Shown piece after piece: positions 25,217 through 32,000 of a stretch of DNA of 32,000 nucleotides (its first letter is position 1; the number at the start of each line of letters is the position of its first letter). Origin of the DNA: a bacterium. GTDB taxonomy: Bacteria; Margulisbacteria; Marinamargulisbacteria; SXXA01. Location: positions 5,506-37,505 of the forward strand of contig RHAI01000010.1 of the NCBI GenBank assembly GCA_010028705.1. The letters are read 5' to 3'. The notes under the pieces were generated by a model that saw nothing but the letters and a program-made list of their open reading frames with translations, was not told where the DNA came from and did not search any database. The position numbers and the translations under genes were made by a program.

Positions 25217-26542
25217 TTAGTTGAATATTCCCGAGTCTAAGAATTCTTTATTAGACTTGGTGTGCCTCAGTATTTTGATAAGCTCTTCAATCGCACTTTC
25301 GGAGTCGATATTTTTGCGGAGAAGGTATGCTTTTTTAAGCGTTTCTTCGTTAAGGAGGAGCTCTTCTTTTCGAGTTCCGGAATTGATGATGTCAATCGCT
25401 GGAAAAATGCGCCGATTCGCTAGCTTTCGGTCAAGATGGAGTTCCATGTTACCTGTACCTTTAAATTCTTCGTAGATAATGTCATCCATTCGGGACCCTG
25501 TATCTACTAGAGCTGTTGCGATGATTGTCAGACTTCCTTCTTGCTCGATCTTTCGAGCGCCTCCGAAGAATCGTTTTGGTTTATGGAGCGAACTAGGGTC
25601 TAATCCGCCCGATAGTGTTCGTCCCGACGGTGGGACGACCAGGTTGTACGCTCGTGCTAAGCGAGTGATACTGTCGAGTAGGATTACGACATCTTTGCCG
25701 CATTCGACAAGGCGTTTGGCGCTGTCGAGTACTAGTTCTGAAATTCGTACATGTTGTTCCGGGGGTTCATCAAAGGTGGAGTAAATAACTTCTCCTTGGA
25801 CCGACCGCTCCATATCGGTTACCTCTTCGGGGCGCTCGTCGATCAATAGGACTTTGATTATAACTTCGGGATGATTGATTGAAATCGCATTAGCGATCTC
25901 TTTCAGTATTGTTGTTTTTCCCGCTTTCGGTGGGGATACGATTAGTGACCGTTGCCCTTTTCCGATTGGCATCAACATATCCATTAATCGGCCGGATATT
26001 GGCACGCTATCTATTTCAAGCTTTAATTGTTCATAGGGATATACCGGAGTTAGATTGGAAAATAGAGTCCGCTCTTTAATTTTTTCCGGGTCCTCCCAAT
26101 TTATTGCCTCAACTCGTAGCAATGAAAAATATCGTTCACCATCCTTGGGTGGGCGTACCTGCCCCGATATCGTATCTCCGGACGAAAGACCAAACCTGCG
26201 GATCTGAGTTTGTGACACATATATATCTTCCGAGCTTGGTAAGTAATTGTTGGTTCGTAGAAACCCATAACCATCGGCAAGTATTTCCAGAACTCCCCGA
26301 GCGAATATGAGTCCATTGGATTCGGTTTTTGCTTGTAATAATTTAAAGATAAGGTCATTTTTTTTGAGTAGCTTGTGTTCCGGGATATTTAATTTTTGAG
26401 CTAAAGTATGTAGGTCTTTTAAGTGTGACTTCTGAAGTTCGACAATATCGAGTGATCCATCGTTTTCGTGAAGTGCTTTTATCTCTTCGTCGGTTTTCAG
26501 TTTGCGTTTTTCCATAATCTGGATAGCTCTCCTAGGCGCCAC
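25217..26542 (-). CDS. rho: transcription termination factor Rho
   Basis: [15 protein letters not shown] (RNA-binding domain), Walker [27 protein letters not shown], and [31 protein letters not shown]. The longest ORF starts at GTG 26542. ATG 26515 (MEKRKL..) is an alternative start. Confidence 0.92.
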   Translation of the reverse strand: MAPRRAIQIMEKRKLKTDEEIKALHENDGSLDIVELQKSHLKDLHTLAQKLNIPEHKLLKKNDLIFKLLQAKTESNGLIFARGVLEILADGYGFLRTNNYLPSSEDIYVSQTQIRRFGLSSGDTISGQVRPPKDGERYFSLLRVEAINWEDPEKIKERTLFSNLTPVYPYEQLKLEIDSVPISGRLMDMLMPIGKGQRSLIVSPPKAGKTTILKEIANAISINHPEVIIKVLLIDERPEEVTDMERSVQGEVIYSTFDEPPEQHVRISELVLDSAKRLVECGKDVVILLDSITRLARAYNLVVPPSGRTLSGGLDPSSLHKPKRFFGGARKIEQEGSLTIIATALVDTGSRMDDIIYEEFKGTGNMELHLDRKLANRRIFPAIDIINSGTRKEELLLNEETLKKAYLLRKNIDSESAIEELIKILRHTKSNKEFLDSGIFN

Positions 26543-26618
26543 TATTAAAGGGTGGATTTTCCATTAAAAATAGCGTGAGTTGTGGGGTAGTGAATCGGGG
26601 TTAGAGCGAGACTATACC

Positions 26619-27596
26619 TTAACTACTTAGTATTCTCAATATATCTCTAGCGGCGTAAGTAATAATTAGGTCGGCGCCGGCACGTTTAAGCGAAATTACG
26701 GATTCCATTATTATGTCGCGATCGTTGGCTAAATTATGTTTAATGGCGAGCTGGAGCATCGAGTATTCTCCTGATACCTGGTAGGCAACAATGGGTGTTT
26801 TTATCTGATCCCGGAGTTCACGTATAATATCAAGGTACATCATACCAGGCTTAACCATGACTAAGTCGGCACCTTCGGAAATATCCTGCACGGTTTCTAG
26901 TATCGCTTCTCGCCGTTGTGTGGGCGCTATTTGGTGGTGCTTTCGGTCGCCTATAAATTGGGTACCCGATCCCGCGGCATCGCGAAACGGACCATATAGT
27001 GAACTTGCATATTTTGCCGAGTAGGCGAGTATTCCAGTGTGATTATGACGGGCGTCGTCCAATGATTGGCGTATCGCCTGGACGGCCCCGTCCATCATGC
27101 CAGATGGTGCAATAAAGTCGGCGCCAGCATTCGCATATGAGAATGCTATTTTTTTCAAGCAATCGAGGGTGGCGTCGTTATCGAGACCTCGGGTGGTTAA
27201 TATTCCGCAATGTCCGTGGTTGGTATACTCGCACAAACAACAATCTGCAAAAATCACGATATTTGGCACCCGTTGTTTAATCCCTTTAATTACTGTTTGG
27301 ACGCCACCCTGCGGATTCCATGCTGAGGTGCCATGCGCGTCTTTTTGCCGAGGAATTCCAAAAATTAATACGCCTCTTAGGCCTGAGCGGTATGCCGTTT
27401 CCACTTCATTAATCGCGATATCGGGCGGGTATTGGAATACTCCAGGCATTGATGGTACTGGGACAGGGGCGGCGATGTCTTCCCGAATAAATAATGGCCA
27501 AATTAGGTCGCTTGGATCGATTCGTGTTTCAGCGAGTAATTCGCGAACGCCGAGGGTTCTGCGGACTGTATGAAATCGTTTAATTTTTTGCTGCAT
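26619..27596 (-). CDS. hemB: porphobilinogen synthase (delta-aminolevulinate dehydratase), Zn-type
   Basis: 325 aa with the Cys-rich metal site DCCLCEYTNHGHCG and the Schiff-base Lys contexts VMVKPGMMYLDII and DFIAPSGMMDG. Confidence 0.93.
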   Translation of the reverse strand: MQQKIKRFHTVRRTLGVRELLAETRIDPSDLIWPLFIREDIAAPVPVPSMPGVFQYPPDIAINEVETAYRSGLRGVLIFGIPRQKDAHGTSAWNPQGGVQTVIKGIKQRVPNIVIFADCCLCEYTNHGHCGILTTRGLDNDATLDCLKKIAFSYANAGADFIAPSGMMDGAVQAIRQSLDDARHNHTGILAYSAKYASSLYGPFRDAAGSGTQFIGDRKHHQIAPTQRREAILETVQDISEGADLVMVKPGMMYLDIIRELRDQIKTPIVAYQVSGEYSMLQLAIKHNLANDRDIIMESVISLKRAGADLIITYAARDILRILSS

Positions 27597-28314
27597 TTTG
27601 TTTTCTATGGTCGATTATTTTTTTAATGATGTCTCGTTGAGTCGGTGTGTCTGATATCAATTTATTTGAGCATTTCAAATAGCGTAACGTTTGTTGGCCA
27701 ATCGCTAGATGAACTTGTTGAGGGAGGTCCGTTGGAAATTGATTGAAAAAACTTCGAGCAACGGAGCCGCTAAAATGAATGACATAATCATACTCAAGCG
27801 GTGAATTAATCGCAATCGTTAGGGGTAGAGTCGTATAAATTGCGATTGGATATACTGAGCGACATGATCCTAGCCAGTCGGTAGTCGATAGCTCTGAGCG
27901 AGGATGAATCCATAGTTCGGATGTCAGTTCAGTTGAGAAGTCCTCCATGATGGCGGCCGAAGTGGGGGTCGATGGAAATCGTATGTTGTGCGCTGGGTAT
28001 CCCGCGTTCAGAAATGGAGCGGCTGTTTTTGGTCCGATGCATATGATTTTTTTGTCGCATATTTTTTGGTAGATTTCTCGAGTTGCCAATACTATTTCAG
28101 TCGCATAGTGACTCGTAAATATGATTCCGTCAGCACGAGTTAATAGTGCATTGGAAATTGACCGTTCCCATTTCGGTAAGGCGATCGTGGTGATCGCGGG
28201 CACAGCGTCAAAGTGTCCGCCTTCGGATTCAATTCCAATCTGTAACTCCCGTACTGTCGCTATGTCGCGAAGAGCGAGAACTCTGGCGCCTAGTAGAGCG
28301 GGTTGAGTTTCCAT
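27580..28314 (-). CDS. hemD: uroporphyrinogen-III synthase
   Basis: 244 aa with a weak but typical HEM4 pattern (IIFTSHYATE, ICIGPKTAAPFLNAGY, VIHFSGSVARSF). It sits between hemC and hemB and overlaps both. Confidence 0.72.
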   Translation of the reverse strand: METQPALLGARVLALRDIATVRELQIGIESEGGHFDAVPAITTIALPKWERSISNALLTRADGIIFTSHYATEIVLATREIYQKICDKKIICIGPKTAAPFLNAGYPAHNIRFPSTPTSAAIMEDFSTELTSELWIHPRSELSTTDWLGSCRSVYPIAIYTTLPLTIAINSPLEYDYVIHFSGSVARSFFNQFPTDLPQQVHLAIGQQTLRYLKCSNKLISDTPTQRDIIKKIIDHRKQNAAKN

Positions 28315-29183
28315 TCAGTCGCTTTTTTTACCAGTTCGCTCGCTGCTAAATCGAGGGATGATCCCACATCTTCGATCTCCAATCTTGAAAAATCAGGACT
28401 GGACCGAAATAGTCGAGTACGGGTGGCGTCCCCCTTAATTTCGGTTAGCATTCCTAACGGTAGTTGACAATCAAATCCTACCGTTCGTAAGAAGCTCAGC
28501 TGCAATGATGAAATGGTATATTGATTGGCGTTACTTATAGATTTCGCCAGCTGCCTAAGCTCAGGATCATTTATCCGTGTTTCAAGGCAAATGACACCCT
28601 GGCCTGGCGCTGGGATGAATTGATGTGGCGGTAGAACCGCGTACGTCGTGTCGAGATGCAATCGCATCATACTCACCTCCGATAGCATAATGGCATCGAG
28701 ATGGTGCAATGCATTTAAACGTGTGCCAATATTCCCACGAATATCCCGGGTAATAATATCCGGCCGAATCATTTTCAAAAGGGCTTTCCTGCGCATCGAT
28801 CCGGTCCCCACGGTGGCATTTCTAGGGAGTGTATCGATGGTGTACTGGAAATTAGATACGAGGCAATCACATATCGATTCTGCCGCTAAAAAACCGGTTA
28901 ATTCAAGCGTATCGGCCGTGTTGGCTGTGACATCTTTCAGCGAATGAACCGCAATGTCGATTTTCTTGTCGATGAGAGCGACTTCCAGTTCTCGAATAAA
29001 AACGCCTTTCCCCCCAATTTCAAAGAGCGGCGATTTTTGGTTAATGTCACCGGTAGTCTCGATACCAATAATTTCAGTCGGTTTTTTGGGAAACGTTGCC
29101 CTTATTTTTTCTTCAACGATCTTCGCTTGTGCCATGGCTAAAGGGGATTTGCGTGATCCTATACGAATGGGTTGGAATGTCAT
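28290..29183 (-). CDS. hemC: hydroxymethylbilane synthase (porphobilinogen deaminase)
   Basis: IRIGSRKSPLAMAQA, VHSLKDV, GTGSMRR and PAPGQGVICLETR. The ORF track extends to GTG 29213. ATG 29183 forms a TAATG overlap with the hemA stop and gives an N-terminus (MTFQPIRIGSRKS) matching family norms. Confidence 0.9.
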   Translation of the reverse strand: MTFQPIRIGSRKSPLAMAQAKIVEEKIRATFPKKPTEIIGIETTGDINQKSPLFEIGGKGVFIRELEVALIDKKIDIAVHSLKDVTANTADTLELTGFLAAESICDCLVSNFQYTIDTLPRNATVGTGSMRRKALLKMIRPDIITRDIRGNIGTRLNALHHLDAIMLSEVSMMRLHLDTTYAVLPPHQFIPAPGQGVICLETRINDPELRQLAKSISNANQYTISSLQLSFLRTVGFDCQLPLGMLTEIKGDATRTRLFRSSPDFSRLEIEDVGSSLDLAASELVKKATEWKLNPLY

Positions 29184-30196
29184 TAGTGGTACACCGACCG
29201 ACGGTCGAGCCACAGATGAAATCGGTTCTGTTCCTCAGTTAATATTCCCGTTACTTTAGCTGATTCTTTTTGACGCTTAAGAACATTCTTGTCGGCAATC
29301 GCCTGGAGCCCACCGACTCCAATAATTCGACACGTGGAGGACTCAATTAATGGGTCCACATTACGGGGCACTGCCAGGTCAATAATTAATTCGGTGACGG
29401 CATGCTTTGTAATGTTCCCTTTTGAAAGGATGAAGTCGGATGATCCGGTGGCAACGATTATTATATGGAAGTTGGATGCGACGCTCCGAATCGTATCAAA
29501 TGGAATGACCTGACAATTTGACTCGGTTCCGACACGCATAGCGGTCATGTGAGTTCGGTTAGAGACGTAAAGATTAGGATGTCCAATGGCGGCGAGTTTT
29601 TTAACGGCTCGGTTCCCAATTTTTCCGGTTCCAATGACTATAATTGACTTATCAAAGTAATCGAAAATAGTCTCCCGAATAGCGTCAACGGCGATGGAGC
29701 TCACTGAGTAGGACCCTCTTGAGATTTCGGTTTCGTGCCGTACTCGTTTTCCCGTCGCGATGGCAATTTGAAATACTTTGTTGAGTATTGGCCCCGTTGA
29801 ATTTAACGACGAAAATTGGTGGTAGGCATCTTTGACTTGAGACAATATTTCATCTTCCCCAAACACCATCGATTCTACACCTGCGGCGACATTTAATAAG
29901 TGGCGGAGAACCGCATCGCCTTCAAGGGTATACCCAATAGAACGGAGTGTTGAGTGCGGGATTTCGCCCCATCGACTGATAAAATTGACGATCCACTGGG
30001 TCGCTTCCGAAGTGTTTTGGCTGACGTAATACATTTCAAAACGGTTGCAGGTCGCAAGGATAACAAGCTCATCAATAGGGCTGTCGTGAACTACGTCGTG
30101 TGTAACCGACGGCCAAGATTCTTTGTTGAGATAAATGAGTTCCATCTCTTGAATCGATGTGCGTTTGTAATCTGTTCCAAAAAATCCTAAATTCAT
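29183..30196 (-). CDS. hemA: glutamyl-tRNA reductase (short form)
   Basis: 337 aa with the catalytic Cys context LATCNRFEMY and the NADPH site VIGTGKIGNRAVKKL. The protein ends soon after the nucleotide-binding domain. Confidence 0.88.
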   Translation of the reverse strand: MNLGFFGTDYKRTSIQEMELIYLNKESWPSVTHDVVHDSPIDELVILATCNRFEMYYVSQNTSEATQWIVNFISRWGEIPHSTLRSIGYTLEGDAVLRHLLNVAAGVESMVFGEDEILSQVKDAYHQFSSLNSTGPILNKVFQIAIATGKRVRHETEISRGSYSVSSIAVDAIRETIFDYFDKSIIVIGTGKIGNRAVKKLAAIGHPNLYVSNRTHMTAMRVGTESNCQVIPFDTIRSVASNFHIIIVATGSSDFILSKGNITKHAVTELIIDLAVPRNVDPLIESSTCRIIGVGGLQAIADKNVLKRQKESAKVTGILTEEQNRFHLWLDRRSVYH

Positions 30197-30268
30197 TTTT
30201 ATTAACTCTGTTCAAAAAATTGTATCGGTACTGTGCCCCGTTTTGCAACGCGATAAATCTGATTTTGG

Positions 30269-31147
30269 TTGAAATATTGGGCGGTTTTCGTTAGTATCCT
30301 CCCCGTGACGCGACCAAAATTTTCAATCCAAACGATTAGTTCGACCCCCATTCCATCCGTTGTCACGGTGTTTCTTTTTTTTGTGATGTTTGTAATTTTG
30401 CTCTCTGGGGAATCATTCGCTGTGTTCAATGAAAATTACCAAGAGTTTCAAGATCCATCGATCCGAACCGTGGTTCAGAGCATGCGTGCTACTCAGATCC
30501 ATTATAACAACGCGTTATTATACACCATGAATGTCGACACGCCCGGTTATATTGAGATCGGTGGATACAACTCCCTCGACCGTGACGGAGTCATCCAAAT
30601 GATCCCGTTTTATCGATGGCGGGCGGGGCCTGTAGTCGAAACGTTGCGCCCACTCGATTTTTATATCGATGCGGTAGGCAAAGGTTTTTTTCAGGTGTCG
30701 TTGCCGACCGGATTGGGCTTTACTCGCGATGGTCGATTTACGTTGGATTCTCGGCGAAAATTAGTTATGTTAGCGGGAAATTTCCCGGTGTTGGGTGAAC
30801 GAGGAGAAATTTTTTTGCCGGAGGGGGACGAGATTGCCGTATCTAAAACCGGCTTGATTTTTGTGGATGGGGCACCCGTTGACAGAATGAAGGTCGTTGT
30901 TTTCACCGAAAAAGGGATCAATCAATTGGACACAGTGAACGGTAGCATTTTTATTTTAAGTGGCGAGGGAGAATTGAACTCGGCCGCCGATTATTCTGTT
31001 CGGCAGGGCTTTATCGAACAGAATAACATTATAAAGGCCTTAATTGGGGATATTTCCTCGGCAAAAAACACCTATGAAGCTTCGGCGAAAGCTGGGAAAG
31101 CGATTATTAAAGAGATGAATTCAGCCATCCAATTGGGTGCGCCTTAG
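30269..31147 (+). CDS. flgF: flagellar basal-body rod protein, FlgF/FlgG family (start uncertain)
   Basis: N-terminal rod motif SMRATQIHYNNALLYTMNVDTPGY, central GFTRDGRFTLDSRRKLV, and a C-terminal rod heptad region VRQGFIEQNNIIKALIGDISSAKNTYEASAKAGKAI. The TTG at 30269 lacks a Shine-Dalgarno. In-frame ATG 30386 or GTG 30422 are more plausible starts. Confidence 0.7.
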   Translation: MKYWAVFVSILPVTRPKFSIQTISSTPIPSVVTVFLFFVMFVILLSGESFAVFNENYQEFQDPSIRTVVQSMRATQIHYNNALLYTMNVDTPGYIEIGGYNSLDRDGVIQMIPFYRWRAGPVVETLRPLDFYIDAVGKGFFQVSLPTGLGFTRDGRFTLDSRRKLVMLAGNFPVLGERGEIFLPEGDEIAVSKTGLIFVDGAPVDRMKVVVFTEKGINQLDTVNGSIFILSGEGELNSAADYSVRQGFIEQNNIIKALIGDISSAKNTYEASAKAGKAIIKEMNSAIQLGAP

Positions 31148-31196
31148 GTTGACATTGAACATACGGATATCGTCTGAAATTACAGGAGGTTAATTA

Positions 31197-32000
31197 ATGA
31201 TTTCACAATTATTTATGGCAAAAAGTGCTTTGATCGCATACCAGCGGAAAATGCAGGTAGTCGTTAATAATATTTCAAACGCTCAAACGGTTGGCTACAA
31301 ACGTCGGTCAGTTGAAATGGAAAGTTTGTTCCCCTTAGTGTTTGAATCGGTAATTAATGATGGCGACGAGAGTACGGCAGGGACATCGCGAAGCCGGAAG
31401 CGTTACCTCGAGTATGGACAAGGTGTGCGGGTGGCGGACATTCGGAAGGATATGAGTCCCGGAAGTATTGAAGTGACCAATCAAGATCTTGATATGGCGA
31501 TTGATGGGGCGGGCTTGTTCCAGCTTCGGTTGAGTGATGGAACTGTAGCTTACGGCCGTGCCGGCAATTTTCATGCTGATCCGGATGGGAATGTAGTGGA
31601 TCCAAATGGTAACCCTCTTGAGCCGAATCTGAAATTGCCCCGGGAGTATTCGGATGTCATTATCAATGAAGAAGGGAAGGTGTTTGTTCAGAGTAATGGC
31701 GATCCAAATCCGAGAGAAATTGGTCAGGTGACCCTTGCAATTTTCCCAAATCCGGCGGGCTTGAAAGATATCGGTCAAAATCTATATGTTCAAACCGCTG
31801 CTTCGGGAGACCCTAGTTTTCAAATTCCTGGACGCGGATTGGCGGGGTCGTTACGGCAACGTGCACTCGAATTTTCGAATGTGAATGTGATTGAAGAGAT
31901 GATGAATATGGTGTTAACCCAGCGCGCGTTTGATTTGACGATTAAGTCAATTAACTCTGGCGATCAAATGTTGAAGAGCGGTAGTGATTTGGGTAAATAG
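31197..32000 (+). CDS. flgG: flagellar basal-body distal rod protein FlgG
   Basis: 267 aa with NNISNAQTVGYKR, LDMAIDGAGLFQL, YGRAGNFHADPDGNVVDPNGNPL and the C-terminal LEFSNVNVIEEMMNMVLTQRAFDLTIKSI. AGGAGG Shine-Dalgarno. The stop codon ends exactly at 32000. Confidence 0.9.
   Translation: MISQLFMAKSALIAYQRKMQVVVNNISNAQTVGYKRRSVEMESLFPLVFESVINDGDESTAGTSRSRKRYLEYGQGVRVADIRKDMSPGSIEVTNQDLDMAIDGAGLFQLRLSDGTVAYGRAGNFHADPDGNVVDPNGNPLEPNLKLPREYSDVIINEEGKVFVQSNGDPNPREIGQVTLAIFPNPAGLKDIGQNLYVQTAASGDPSFQIPGRGLAGSLRQRALEFSNVNVIEEMMNMVLTQRAFDLTIKSINSGDQMLKSGSDLGK

Noticed and set aside
27097-27573. 158-aa ORF on the + strand
   Set aside because: It is entirely antisense to the well-supported hemB. The composition is Arg/Ser/Pro-rich and low-complexity, typical of a shadow ORF, and it has no Shine-Dalgarno.
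31335-31778. 147-aa and 83-aa minus-strand ORFs
   Set aside because: They are antisense to flgG, which is unambiguous.
1-32000. Search for CRISPR arrays, IS elements or transposases, integrases, phage genes, toxin-antitoxin pairs, and rRNA/tRNA genes
   Set aside because: I saw no direct-repeat arrays, terminal inverted repeats, recombinase-like ORFs or tRNA-like cloverleaf sequences. The window looks like core chromosome.

Overview
Densely packed bacterial chromosomal window with genes on both strands and many 1-25 nt start/stop overlaps. I saw no rRNA, tRNA, CRISPR array, IS element, integrase or prophage signature. Most genes are housekeeping. Left to right: an edge-truncated lipA (absent from the ORF track), mltG, a TauE/SafE permease, a 467-bp ORF-free convergent spacer, recJ, pepN, a family-2 glycosyltransferase, then a translationally coupled chain purL-hyp-recG-rsmD-coaD-hyp-rph-S41 peptidase. 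Next come a FliK-like protein with a stand-alone FlhB C-terminal fragment, a class IV aminotransferase, hemL, rho, hemA-hemC-hemD-hemB, and rod genes flgF-like and flgG. The recG-rsmD-coaD order and the FliK-like/FlhB-fragment pair resemble Firmicutes-type (Terrabacteria) layouts, but the lineage cannot be determined from this window. The main candidate novelty is a tight four-gene operon at about 21.1-25.2 kb. It encodes a TPR periplasmic protein with a SPOR-like tail, a 486-aa membrane protein, MotA and MotB. The 486-aa protein looks like a miniature FliF-type ring-building module fused through one TM helix and a Gly-rich linker to FliG-like middle and C-terminal domains. That FliG-like part lacks the canonical EHPQ(R) FliM-binding motif and the torque-helix charge ridge. 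This suggests a self-contained stator plus rotor-like module distinct from the canonical FliF/FliG/FliM switch complex. All functional calls come from reading the translated sequences by eye, and no database search was run.
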